64,000 bases of DNA from Marinicella sp. (GCA_965230295.1 OZ246001.1:1728001-1792000); one strand, 5' to 3'; positions 46,863 through 57,240 are shown, counted from the stretch's first letter. Made by a program: numbers and translations. Notes: generated by a model not told the origin, from the letters alone.

Positions 46863-48923
46863 TTAAAAATCATAGTAAAAAGATAAGTGGTAGTTTCTAC
46901 CTGGTGCATCTAAACCGGAAGCATGTTCGCGGTATTTTTTATTGAAAATATTTTCAACACCCAGTCTTACCTGGCCATTGATGCTGTGTTTCCAGGTGAA
47001 GTGCGTATCATATACCACAAAACCACCCGTGCCAAATGGATTGATGCGTGCATCACTTAAATCACGGGCACTGAGTCGGTCTTGGGTGTTGGCATAGCGA
47101 ACCTGAGACCTCATGTCCCAACGGTCACTGAGGTCTTGTTGATACCCTACAACACCAAACGCAGGTGGTATCCGGTCAGCCGGTCCAGTACCTTCAGAGG
47201 TTTCTTCCGTACCATGGGTGTAGGTGATGTTGGTAAATAAATGCCCACCATTGTCAAAATAGTAGTTCAGCTCAGCTTCCAATCCGTATATATCGACTTC
47301 ATTGATGTTTTGTGATTGCACCACATCCAGGCCATCAGCTGTGACTTCGCCGGTTTCAACCGATGCAATCACATCCTGGTATCTGGAAACAAAGGCCACC
47401 ACTTCAGCTTGCCATCCATTGCCAGCATGTTTATAACCAATGTCCAGTGAAATGACAGATTCAGGTTCTAGGCTTGGATTGATGACATTAAAACGGTTGC
47501 CTGAGCGTTCACCCACCTGGCCCAAGTCGAAAATATTGGGTGGTCTGAAGCCGCGACCAATGTTGGCAAAGACGCGATCTGAGTCATTGATTTTGTATAA
47601 CCAGCTGGCGTGCCATGTGAGGTCAGTGAGGCTCAATTGATCATTATCAATATCTGGGCTGTTCAGGTCTATGTCATAATCACTGAATCGGACACCGGTG
47701 GTGAATTCATGATCGCCGTTGTATTGATGCCAGTCGGCAAACACCGCAAATTGTCGCATTGAAGAGTCATCTGGATAGCGTGAAGCCCTGGGCACATCTG
47801 TCCCATCGGCCAACACCCTTTGACGGGCACTTGAAATGGTGTCTATATAGGAATCAAAGCCATAGACCAAAAGACTGTCGTCATCCAATGCTTTGTTCCA
47901 GTCTGCTTGTAAAGTAAACAGGTCACTGTGGTTTTGCTCGGTGTCAGTCCGGCTACCTGACAATGGGATGCTGTAACGGTTATCGGTGATTTTTTGGAAT
48001 GACAAGTGGTAGTTAGCCATGTCATACCAATCAGTTGGCGAAGCCGTTGTGTACTTCAAATGTGCAAATTGTCGCTCATTGGGTTGGAACAAGTAGACCT
48101 GTGACTCAGGTTCTGTTTCACCAAACCCGGCCACCAAATTATCAACCCGGGGTGTGGCTGGTTGGTGGGTGTATTGTAGGTCGAATATCCAGTTGGAAGT
48201 GTTCGATGTGTTGAACACCCATTTGTTGTTGAACGATCGGGAGGTATAGGCGGTGAATGGGATGGTTTCGCCAGAGCCAGTGGTGCGTTGCCCAATGTCT
48301 TGATAACTGAGGCCGAATGTGGATGCAATTTTATCGTTGCCAAAATCACCACCAATGTGACTGATCCACTTTTCATCGGCACTGTCCCATGAGCTGAAAA
48401 CCTGACCAGTCATGCTCCATTCACTGCTGTAAAACTCCGGCGTGTGGGTCAAGACATTGACCACACCACCCAGGGCGTCACCGCCATAAAGAACAGAACT
48501 GGGCCCTCTGACCACTTCAATTTGTGAAGTCATGAATGAATCCACCAGGGCCAGGTATTGATTCGGCGCGTTGCGGAAAAAAGCTGTGTTAACGCGCATG
48601 CCGTCAACCAAGTGAACATTGCCAGATCCTTTCAGGCCACGGATGATCGGGATGGCCTGACCTGGGGTGGTTTGTTGGATATAGACGCCTGACTCCTGAC
48701 GCAACAGATCAGGCAGTAAAGTATTGGGTTTGTTCTTGATTTCATCACGGGTAACCACGGAAACCGCTGTGGCTGTGTCATTGGTGGCGGTGGCGGTTTT
48801 GCTGGCCGTCACTTGAAGTGGCGCCAGTGATTCTACACTTTCATCTAGATTGACATCAGGCGCAGGGTTTTCTTGTGCCAGGCTGGCGGTAGCCACAATC
48901 AGCAATACAATACTCAGTTTCAT
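46863..48923 (-). CDS. TonB-dependent receptor (iron/heme-receptor-like)
   Basis: Signal peptide, VTAS, plug IRGL..LVDG, IEVVRGPSSVLYGGDALGGVVN, FRPPN...NPSL, C-terminal SFYYDF. Confidence 0.92.
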   Translation of the reverse strand: MKLSIVLLIVATASLAQENPAPDVNLDESVESLAPLQVTASKTATATNDTATAVSVVTRDEIKNKPNTLLPDLLRQESGVYIQQTTPGQAIPIIRGLKGSGNVHLVDGMRVNTAFFRNAPNQYLALVDSFMTSQIEVVRGPSSVLYGGDALGGVVNVLTHTPEFYSSEWSMTGQVFSSWDSADEKWISHIGGDFGNDKIASTFGLSYQDIGQRTTGSGETIPFTAYTSRSFNNKWVFNTSNTSNWIFDLQYTHQPATPRVDNLVAGFGETEPESQVYLFQPNERQFAHLKYTTASPTDWYDMANYHLSFQKITDNRYSIPLSGSRTDTEQNHSDLFTLQADWNKALDDDSLLVYGFDSYIDTISSARQRVLADGTDVPRASRYPDDSSMRQFAVFADWHQYNGDHEFTTGVRFSDYDIDLNSPDIDNDQLSLTDLTWHASWLYKINDSDRVFANIGRGFRPPNIFDLGQVGERSGNRFNVINPSLEPESVISLDIGYKHAGNGWQAEVVAFVSRYQDVIASVETGEVTADGLDVVQSQNINEVDIYGLEAELNYYFDNGGHLFTNITYTHGTEETSEGTGPADRIPPAFGVVGYQQDLSDRWDMRSQVRYANTQDRLSARDLSDARINPFGTGGFVVYDTHFTWKHSINGQVRLGVENIFNKKYREHASGLDAPGRNYHLSFYYDF

Positions 48924-48988
48924 GGGTCAATCTTTGGTCAAAGGGTGAGTAATTTACTATGGGTTCAGGCCAGAATCAACCAACAAAT

Positions 48989-49007
48989 GATAATGATAAG
49001 CAACAAG
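48989..49007. promoter_or_regulatory. Candidate Fur box upstream of the TonB-dependent receptor
   Basis: GATAATGATAAGCAACAAG matches 14/19 of GATAATGATAATCATTATC; an overlapping register at 48983 matches 13/19. Confidence 0.6.
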
Positions 49008-49026
49008 TTTTAAACCGAGGCCTTTT

Positions 49027-49043
49027 CTGAACAGAAGCTGAAC
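49027..49043. promoter_or_regulatory. CTGAAC-N5-CTGAAC direct repeat (OmpR-type site candidate)
   Basis: CTGAAC at 49027 and 49038; same period and orientation relative to its gene as the 43002-43018 site. Confidence 0.4.
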
Positions 49044-49075
49044 AAAAGACCAAGGACTTTCTATTTAAATGACCT

Positions 49076-51727
49076 TTAAGCTTGCGATTCTTTTTGGTAT
49101 TTCTTGATCTCATTGACAGTCAAAACATAGGCTTTGCGAGCGTTTTTTATGTTCTCAATCACGGCCTGTTCTTGCTCCTCAATGGCAGCAGCTTCTACTT
49201 TCTTACAATAGTGGCTGAATCCTGTGGCTCCGATGTTTGCACCGGTGGATTTCAGTGTGTGCGCAATTTGTCTGGCATTGGCATAGTCATGGGTTTGACT
49301 GAAAGTGTTCAACTGATTCAGCATGCCAGGCGATTCTTGCTGAAATAAATCCAACAACGAATTGGTTTCATCGCCCATGAATGTTCTGATTTCAGCCAAA
49401 GCCCGAGTATTCAACCATTTGGTGTTGACGTCATCAGAGTCTTCCTTTTCCTGCTTTTCTTCGGGGTCAGTGGTTGGTTTTGCAGGCTTCTTTTTGGCAC
49501 CCAATGGGTCCCATTTTTTCAATGTTTTTTCTAAGATGTACCGATTGAGTGGTTTGGACATGTAATCATCCATACCTGCATCCAGACATTTTTCCTTGTC
49601 ACCCAGCATGGCGTTGGCGGTCATGGCTATGATTGGGGTGTGGTTGAGGTTGTTGTTCTCTTCATATTTTCGGATGCGCTTGGTACAAAAATAACCGTCC
49701 ATTACGGGCATTTGGCAATCCATCAGAATCAAGCGGTAGCGGGTTTTTTTGGCTTTGTTTAAGGCCACCATGCCATTTTCTGCGACATCAAAAGGAAAGC
49801 CTATGTAATCAATCAGTTTTTGTGCCACCTTCAGGTTAACTTCATTGTCTTCAACCAGCAAGATGGTGTCTGAAATATCAGCATAATCGACGGTTTCATC
49901 CTGAGCCGCTGAAGATTCTTCAGGCGCATCTTTGGCTTCGGTTTCATAGGACTCGTCATGGCTGTCCTGTTCTTCATCCAACTCCAAGACTTCTTCTGGG
50001 AAGTAACGTCTTTCAAACTCACCAATGACCAGTTCGACTTCTTTGTCAGGGTGCATGATTTGGATGTTTTTATACTGTTTTACACCTGCAATGTGACCGC
50101 CGGTGGTGATGGCACAAATCCAAACGTCGTCTAACTCGCCCTTTTCTACCAATAACAACAATTGTCTTAACGTTTTGGCATTGGTATCAAAGTCAATAAA
50201 CAGCAAGGTGGTTTTACCATCCTGTATGCCCCTGGCAGCTTGAATTCTTGACAGTGCATGCTGGTAGTTCAATGAGGTTTGTACCGGTAACAGTGCTTTT
50301 TCTAAAGAAGCCTGAATGCGCTTGAATAAAACAGGATTGGTGTTCAATAAAATGGCTTGATGTTGATGGACTTCGGTACCACCATGCAAGGCATCACCTG
50401 CTGATTTGGTGAAAGGGATTTCAAACCAGAATGTACTGCCAACACCGGTTTTTGATTCAACACCCATTTGACCTTTGAGCAACTCTACAATTTTCTTACT
50501 GATGGCCAAGCCCAATCCGGTACCACCAAATTTGCGTGTCGATGAATTGTCGCCCTGGGTAAAGGCATTGAACAATTTTTCTACCTGATCCGGTGCGATA
50601 CCGATGCCTTGGTCTTTCACCGAAAACCTGATCAATTCTTTGGTGGTGAAATTTTTAACTTTTTTAACATCAACAATGATTTTGCCGTGATCAGAAAACT
50701 TAATGGCATTGGATAATATATTGGTCAGTACTTGTCTGACCCTGATGGGGTCCCCCCTTAACAAAGGATTGATTTGATCGTCTACGTTGACAGAAATTTC
50801 CAGACCTTTTCTTTCAGCTGATGAACTGAGACTGTCTAACACTTCTTCAACCACTTTTCTGACTTTTAACCCAGTGACTTCGGTGGTTAATTTGCCAGCT
50901 TCTACTTTCGAATAATCAAGCAAATCGTCAATCAGCTTCTGCATCTGAGTGGCCGATGTGTGCGCAGTGGTTAGGTAATCTTTCTGAAAAGCGTTGAGTT
51001 CTGTGTCCATAACAATGTCTATCAACGGCACAATACCATTCAATGGTGTGCGAATTTCATGACTCATGGTGGCCAGAAACTCCATCTTAGCCATTTCGGC
51101 AGCAGACAGATCGACCTTCAGGTTTTTGATTTGCTCTTTGAGCACTTTGGTTTCATAGATGGCTTCTTCGGCTTTTTTAATCTGTCTGGCCAGGCTGGCA
51201 GGCAGTGGATCGCTTTTCTTTTTCTTTTCGGTGGTTTCTGCCAACAAAAAACGACTGGCAACAACCACAAAACCAACCACCAAGAGCACCAACAATGAAA
51301 ACAGCAGTGGTTGACTCAGACCCAACTGATCGGCAGGCTGTAACAACAATAAAACAGCAAAACTCAAAACGGGTAATGCCATGCACAGGGCTGTTTTTTC
51401 TAAATTCAGCTGGGTAAAGAACAGAACAGAAGTCAGCCAAATTAACACCAAAGTCACAAATAAGGCAACATGGGCCTGATCACTTAACCAAAAACTCAGG
51501 GCCAGCCAAAAACTGCCAATCACAGGAATCATCCAGTCGACTTTTTTAGCAACCACATCATCAAAACGGTTTTGTATAACCGGGAAGGTATAAGCCCAAC
51601 CGGTGGCCAAGGTCAACACCAATAAAAGTAAGGGGATCTGATACAGTCCGCCTTCAATCCATGCCAGCAACAACATGAACAGTGCCAGTATGCACATCAG
51701 CAACTTTTTATTCTTTAAATGATCCAT
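49076..51727 (-). CDS. Unorthodox hybrid sensor histidine kinase (multi-TM, HisKA, HATPase, pseudo-REC, REC, HPt)
   Basis: SHEIRTPLNG, NAIKF, DQGIG, GGTGLGL, VEDNEVN..LMDCQMP, HPt AHTLKS. Confidence 0.92.
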   Translation of the reverse strand: MDHLKNKKLLMCILALFMLLLAWIEGGLYQIPLLLLVLTLATGWAYTFPVIQNRFDDVVAKKVDWMIPVIGSFWLALSFWLSDQAHVALFVTLVLIWLTSVLFFTQLNLEKTALCMALPVLSFAVLLLLQPADQLGLSQPLLFSLLVLLVVGFVVVASRFLLAETTEKKKKSDPLPASLARQIKKAEEAIYETKVLKEQIKNLKVDLSAAEMAKMEFLATMSHEIRTPLNGIVPLIDIVMDTELNAFQKDYLTTAHTSATQMQKLIDDLLDYSKVEAGKLTTEVTGLKVRKVVEEVLDSLSSSAERKGLEISVNVDDQINPLLRGDPIRVRQVLTNILSNAIKFSDHGKIIVDVKKVKNFTTKELIRFSVKDQGIGIAPDQVEKLFNAFTQGDNSSTRKFGGTGLGLAISKKIVELLKGQMGVESKTGVGSTFWFEIPFTKSAGDALHGGTEVHQHQAILLNTNPVLFKRIQASLEKALLPVQTSLNYQHALSRIQAARGIQDGKTTLLFIDFDTNAKTLRQLLLLVEKGELDDVWICAITTGGHIAGVKQYKNIQIMHPDKEVELVIGEFERRYFPEEVLELDEEQDSHDESYETEAKDAPEESSAAQDETVDYADISDTILLVEDNEVNLKVAQKLIDYIGFPFDVAENGMVALNKAKKTRYRLILMDCQMPVMDGYFCTKRIRKYEENNNLNHTPIIAMTANAMLGDKEKCLDAGMDDYMSKPLNRYILEKTLKKWDPLGAKKKPAKPTTDPEEKQEKEDSDDVNTKWLNTRALAEIRTFMGDETNSLLDLFQQESPGMLNQLNTFSQTHDYANARQIAHTLKSTGANIGATGFSHYCKKVEAAAIEEQEQAVIENIKNARKAYVLTVNEIKKYQKESQA

Positions 51728-51934
51728 TCAATCCTACCCTCTGGTGTTAATACATGCGACATGAGAAGCCGCAGGACAAGTTCAACCTCATACTTAAAAT
51801 TGTCCCATTCAACGAACATACCTATTTATGATTGTAGCTAAATATCAATCAGGTCGAAAGTTTTTTTTAACACCATTTGCAGGAAAGGGAGCTAATTACT
51901 TGAAATAGGTTGTTTTTTTGCAGAAATAACGGTG

Positions 51935-54900
51935 TCAATATCGGGTCAACAGTTCAGCGATTGTGTTTTTAGCCGCAGAGAACGAGAACCATTTTTCAAC
52001 GTTTTCTAAGCCGCCTTTTGAGACTTGCTGCCAAAGTGTTTGGTCTTGGTAAAGCTGAATCACCGCTTCAGCAAAAGAATCGGCATCATCAGCCATCAAC
52101 ACATCATAACCATTTTTGGTGTACATGCCTTCAACGGCCACACTGGTTCCCACCACGGGCTGTCCATAACTCATGCTCATGTTCACTTTACCTTTAACCC
52201 CGGCGCCAAACCGCAAAGGAGCAACGGCCAACCGGGTGTTTTGCATCAAGGGCTCTATGTCAGCAACAAACCCATGGAACTCAATATTGGGGTGTTGTCC
52301 CAATGCTTTTACTTGCTGTGGCGCCTTTGAACCGATGATGTGCAGTTTCAGTTCAGGGATTTCGGCGCATATTTTTGGCAGAATATCATTCACAAACCAC
52401 ACAATCCCATCTACATTAGGGGTGTGTTGATAACCGCCAATAAACATGATGTCCTGACTTTTGTTGTAGCCAACATGACCGCCATAAACTTCATGGATGT
52501 TAGACAACACAGCCACATCCAATTCGGCGTTTTCCTGGCCCATTACTTGCTGTTCGTATGAGCTGACTACCAAGGTTAAGTCACAAGCTTCGGCCACAGA
52601 GTATTCTTTGGCTTTGGTTTCGTTGGCTGTTTTCAGTGCCAAATCATCATTGTCGAGCTCCGCCATCCTTGTTTCCCGCAGGTAATGTAAGTCAACGGTA
52701 TCAAACCAGATTTTTGCTTTGGGGCAATAGGATCTGATCATGTCCATTACCGGTTCGGCCACATAATATCGACTCAATATCACCCGATCAAAATAAGCCC
52801 CTTTGGCCTTTAAATAGGCCAGAGGCGAGTTGTATTTTGGGGCATAAATACACTCGACACCCAACCTTTGCAGATCTTTGCTGTAGTCATCAAAAAAGGC
52901 CATGTTTTCGGGGATGAAACTGACATGGTGGCCCAATTCGATAAAAATTTGCATCAAATTGATCATCCGCAATGAACCAGAATCCTGATCAGGGGTCGGT
53001 GTACAGGCATCCAAAATCAACACCCTTGGTGGTTGATTTTGTAACCTGGCCAGCTCAATGTCAGACCCTGGTGCAGGTTGTTTCTCGAGTTCCGGTCGCC
53101 ATTTTTCTAAAAACTTTTGTTGATTGATGACTTGGAATTTTTTGGTTCCTGAATTCAGGTCTGTGCCCGAAGATATGCCTTCAAAGTGAATCACCCGGCT
53201 GAGCGGTTGATAAAGTACTTTTTTACCTGCTTTTCTGACCGCAAAAGCCAAGTCAGTGTCTTCGTAATAGGCCGGTTTGTAGCGTTCATCGAATTGTCCG
53301 AGTTCACGGAACAGGGCCGTACGAATCATGATGCTGGCGCCGCTGATGTAAGTGGCCTCTCGAACATGTTGGTATTCAGGGTCATCAGGAGTTTCCAAGC
53401 GGCCATAATTCCATCCGGATGCATCGCTGAATACAATACCACCAGCTTCCTGAAGGCGCCCATCAGGGTAAAGCAATTGGCTGCCCACCAACCCGGCATC
53501 AGGGTGCTGAGAGAAGGTGTGATAAAGTTCATCCAACCAACCTGGCAGCACTTCAGTGTCGTTATTTAAAAACAACAGGAATTGGCCTTGTGCCATTGCC
53601 GCGCCGGTGTTACATGATTGAATAAAGCCGCCATTTTCTGGTTGTCGATGATAGCGAATGCCTTGGGTGTTTTTGATTTCTTGAGGAGTTTCATCCGTTG
53701 AACAATCATCAACAACAATCACTTCGAAAGTCGTATTGTCTGTCAGTCTGGCTAAGGATTCTAAACAGTGGTAAGTGTGTTTAAAGTGATTAAAAACAGG
53801 AATTACAATACTGACCAGCGGATCTTTAGTCTGCTTAATACTTAGTGATTGGTAGCTTTCAACCACTGAGTGGGCAGAGACTGGAGGTCTTTTGGCCGGT
53901 TTCTTTAATTTGTTTTTCGCCATCAAGGCCGTTTGTTTCATGCCTCTGGTTTTTAGGCTGTTACGGACCCTGCGCGGTAAACTTTTGAGTTGACTGAATC
54001 TGAATTTAATGGCATTTCTTTTGTGTCTTGCATAAGTGGTGAAGCGGCGCAATGGTTTGGTGATGCGCCATGATCGGCTGTTAAGCATGGCTTCGATCTG
54101 TTCACTCAGTTGTGTTTTTTCTGCGGTTAACAAGCTGTTTGCGGTTTGTTCGTCCCGCAAAGTTGCACGGACCTGATTGACCTCAGCTTGAAGGTTGTCG
54201 TTGGCTTGGTCTAGTCGTTTGATGGCGTCCGTTTGTTCTGCTACGGTGTCACTTAAATGTTGAACCTCTTGTCGACCCAAGTCGATGTTATGGGCTAAGT
54301 GCTGATTGTGTTGATCAAGTTCTTTGGCCCATTTAACTTTTTCTTCCAGGTTTTGCTCAGTCGCTTTCAATGCAAGGGTCAGTTGGTTGGCAGATTGCTG
54401 TTCTCGTTTGAAGGCATCAGCCAAAGGAGAAGGTGTGGCCAGACCCCAAGTTTGGTAAGCACAAGGTTCAAACATAAAGTGTTTAAGCAGTTGGTCATAG
54501 GCCTTTTTGTTGTCATTGGTATTCCATTGCTTGGTGACCAATGAATTTTCTCTTAACTGAACCAATGTTTCCGGGTTTTGTTGCAGGGTTTTTATGTTTT
54601 CGATCAGTGCCTGGGCGTCGGGTTTGACCAACACACCATTTTTATTGTGTTCTATGCGGTTCTTCAAAGCACCAACAGCAGTGGCTAACACCGGCAAGCC
54701 CATGGTTTGTAGTTCAGACAGTGTATAGCTGAAAGTTTCAGCAGTGGTTGATGCCAATAAGCCCAGCTGTGGAGCAATTTTTTTCACCAAAGACTCGAGT
54801 TCTTCGTGTTGAAAATCTGCAATGACCCGGGTGTTGGCGAAGTCAACAAAGGCTTTGCCATTTTTACCAGCGCCCAACAAAACAAATTGAATGGACGCAT

Positions 54901-56251
54901 CATTTTGTAAGTCACTGATACAGGCTTGTAACAAATCCTGTCCTTTTGAGGGGCTGATGCGACCCAGAACCAACACCGTAAACGGCTCTTTATTCACCTG
55001 ATAGTCAATGGCTTGTAGCGGTTCAGGCGCATGCGGGATTACCACGGTTTTGTTAAAACATGACGCCTGTGGCAGTTTCAGAAGGTTGGTCTTAACGGAC
55101 TCATCAGGTGCCACGATCGAAACATGTGGTTGATTCAATAATTCATTGTTTTTGAATTGCCATTTGGCCAGTTGGTCAGCACTTATGGACCCAAAAGGCT
55201 CGTTTCGGGTATCTTTAAGTGCCTGTTCAATATGCTGTTCAGCAATTGGATCTTCATCCAACAAGGCATTTAAACTTGGCCAATGAGGAAAATAGTCGTG
55301 CAACACTCTGATGGTAGGTAAACCCGTGTTTAAACAATCCATGGCATGGCCAATCAAAGAAGAAACCACCAACCCATTGATGCCCCAAATATCAATCACA
55401 CGATCCAGCAACATGTGGTATTCGCGGTGATGTGTGGCCGTGGCAATGATCGGCGCTGCCAGATGGAATTCCTGTAGCACCGGACCTTGGATGTGTTGCC
55501 AGTGTAACAAGAACTTTTCTCCTTGTTGTTTACGGAAAAACTCTCCCTGGCTGCTGAGCACCAGATGATTCATTTCATTATGATTTTGAATAAAATCATT
55601 CACCCATTCATGCACACCACCGCCCCAATCCATGACCAAATGCAATACCGTGGGTTTGTTATCAAGCCGAGGATAACCAGGAAGTAGGTGCTCAGTTTGT
55701 ATTTTTGACAGGGTCATTTGCACCTTGACCAACGGGTGTGCGGGCAATGGTCTTTGATCGCCTGTATCAATGGCTTTAGGTGCAGATATTACGGTTTCAT
55801 TGGATGGCGTGTCTACCACCAGATTATTAACAGCGAACACCTCTGTATGGTCATCCAGATGGTCAACATGTCGCACAGCAAAACAATTGAGGTTAAGTGC
55901 AGTGCTGACATAGTATTGAGCTTTTTGTATAAGGTATACAAGCTGATCTAATTGCGCCAAGGTGCCTGTAAATGGTTCGGTCAAGGGTGAAATTTGTCGT
56001 TGTTGGGTGCTCAGCGCACAGGTTTTCATGACCTGCGTATCATCCAATAAGGGCTGTAAAAGCCGTCTTTGCCAGTGTGGTGGTAAGAAAGCTTGGGCAT
56101 TGACCACTGTGATGATGTGGTCATTTTTGATTGAGTTTTTTATCCACTCAATCAGCTGTTCATCCACCGTTTCTTGGGTGCTGTACAGCACAGAACCCGA
56201 TTGCTGGTCTTTTGAGCTGTTGTAGTAGACGGTGTGAACATTTTTCTGCAT
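51935..56251 (-). CDS. Multi-domain glycosyltransferase (GT4-like, coiled coil, GT2, GT4-like)
   Basis: LHDY/ETFSYTLSE GT4-like block; heptad coiled coil ending SRSWRITKPLR; GT2 VSIVIP, VDDCS, FLNNDT, YYEDTD; C-terminal DSGSLR, APLRFGAGVKGKV. Confidence 0.9.
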   Translation of the reverse strand: MQKNVHTVYYNSSKDQQSGSVLYSTQETVDEQLIEWIKNSIKNDHIITVVNAQAFLPPHWQRRLLQPLLDDTQVMKTCALSTQQRQISPLTEPFTGTLAQLDQLVYLIQKAQYYVSTALNLNCFAVRHVDHLDDHTEVFAVNNLVVDTPSNETVISAPKAIDTGDQRPLPAHPLVKVQMTLSKIQTEHLLPGYPRLDNKPTVLHLVMDWGGGVHEWVNDFIQNHNEMNHLVLSSQGEFFRKQQGEKFLLHWQHIQGPVLQEFHLAAPIIATATHHREYHMLLDRVIDIWGINGLVVSSLIGHAMDCLNTGLPTIRVLHDYFPHWPSLNALLDEDPIAEQHIEQALKDTRNEPFGSISADQLAKWQFKNNELLNQPHVSIVAPDESVKTNLLKLPQASCFNKTVVIPHAPEPLQAIDYQVNKEPFTVLVLGRISPSKGQDLLQACISDLQNDASIQFVLLGAGKNGKAFVDFANTRVIADFQHEELESLVKKIAPQLGLLASTTAETFSYTLSELQTMGLPVLATAVGALKNRIEHNKNGVLVKPDAQALIENIKTLQQNPETLVQLRENSLVTKQWNTNDNKKAYDQLLKHFMFEPCAYQTWGLATPSPLADAFKREQQSANQLTLALKATEQNLEEKVKWAKELDQHNQHLAHNIDLGRQEVQHLSDTVAEQTDAIKRLDQANDNLQAEVNQVRATLRDEQTANSLLTAEKTQLSEQIEAMLNSRSWRITKPLRRFTTYARHKRNAIKFRFSQLKSLPRRVRNSLKTRGMKQTALMAKNKLKKPAKRPPVSAHSVVESYQSLSIKQTKDPLVSIVIPVFNHFKHTYHCLESLARLTDNTTFEVIVVDDCSTDETPQEIKNTQGIRYHRQPENGGFIQSCNTGAAMAQGQFLLFLNNDTEVLPGWLDELYHTFSQHPDAGLVGSQLLYPDGRLQEAGGIVFSDASGWNYGRLETPDDPEYQHVREATYISGASIMIRTALFRELGQFDERYKPAYYEDTDLAFAVRKAGKKVLYQPLSRVIHFEGISSGTDLNSGTKKFQVINQQKFLEKWRPELEKQPAPGSDIELARLQNQPPRVLILDACTPTPDQDSGSLRMINLMQIFIELGHHVSFIPENMAFFDDYSKDLQRLGVECIYAPKYNSPLAYLKAKGAYFDRVILSRYYVAEPVMDMIRSYCPKAKIWFDTVDLHYLRETRMAELDNDDLALKTANETKAKEYSVAEACDLTLVVSSYEQQVMGQENAELDVAVLSNIHEVYGGHVGYNKSQDIMFIGGYQHTPNVDGIVWFVNDILPKICAEIPELKLHIIGSKAPQQVKALGQHPNIEFHGFVADIEPLMQNTRLAVAPLRFGAGVKGKVNMSMSYGQPVVGTSVAVEGMYTKNGYDVLMADDADSFAEAVIQLYQDQTLWQQVSKGGLENVEKWFSFSAAKNTIAELLTRY

Positions 56252-56374
56252 GCGCGCATTCTACCAAAATTCATTCAATGAAGGGGTGCCAAAAGGCATG
56301 AAGGTTTAAGAACATACCTTTTGCTAACACCGGGTTTTGGAGGGTGCGATGGCCGTCGAGAAGCCTGCCAAATG

Positions 56375-57136
56375 TTATTTAATTATTTCAGTGGGCAGGC
56401 CTAAATTTGTTTTGCTGTAGCCCTCGGGTACTTGAAAGGTCTGGGCGCCCAATGCATCATGGTTGATTTCAGTCAGGTAGGCTTTCTGCAATCCCATGTC
56501 GTAATAAACGGGAATGACTGATCCAATGTCAGAAAAATTCATGCTTTGGTCTTGACCGAATTGTGAAGCAAGCTTTTCAACCGTTTGCATGAATTGATTG
56601 ATGCTGTCATAGTCAGCGGCAGGGATACCCAAATCAGCAATGTCAGCCACACAAAAATCACCATCTTTTTGACCTTCAACCATTTTGATAACCACCTCAC
56701 AATCAAAACCGTTGTAATTAGAGGACTGACCACTTTTGTTGTACTGAGGAGGAGCGGCTTGCTTGGGCATTTGCTTTTTTATCATTGACTCCATCATGCC
56801 CCTCATTTGATCACGTTGAGCAGCTGGCATTTGAGACAGTTGTTCTTCGAGCATGCGATCAACCATGGCTGAAACGTCACTCAATGCAGCGATTTCTTTT
56901 TCGCCAAACACCACATAACTTTGGTCCTGGTGATTAACCACCGTGAAGGCATTGGCTTGGGCATTGAAAATTAATGCGGTATTGACGTCACTGTTGTTGG
57001 TGATTTTTGCCACGCCATCACTCATATACATGACGCTGTTTTGCTGGCCATTGGCATCGTTGTAAATCAGTGTGGTGTCCGCGTGAGACTGGACACTGAA
57101 AAGTATGGCTGATAATAATAAAATTCTTGGTTTCAT
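56375..57136 (-). CDS. Exported DUF4412-like protein
   Basis: Signal peptide; VNHQDQSY, MPAAQRDQM, GFDC...FCV, FQVPEGY. Confidence 0.7.
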   Translation of the reverse strand: MKPRILLLSAILFSVQSHADTTLIYNDANGQQNSVMYMSDGVAKITNNSDVNTALIFNAQANAFTVVNHQDQSYVVFGEKEIAALSDVSAMVDRMLEEQLSQMPAAQRDQMRGMMESMIKKQMPKQAAPPQYNKSGQSSNYNGFDCEVVIKMVEGQKDGDFCVADIADLGIPAADYDSINQFMQTVEKLASQFGQDQSMNFSDIGSVIPVYYDMGLQKAYLTEINHDALGAQTFQVPEGYSKTNLGLPTEIIK

Positions 57137-57240
57137 GAATGATTCCCTCTGTTGTATTTGCAGTGCTCATTGTAGGTACAATTCTTGAATCTCATGTTAA
57201 CATGCGGACATTCATTTTGTGAACTGGATCAAGTCCAACG

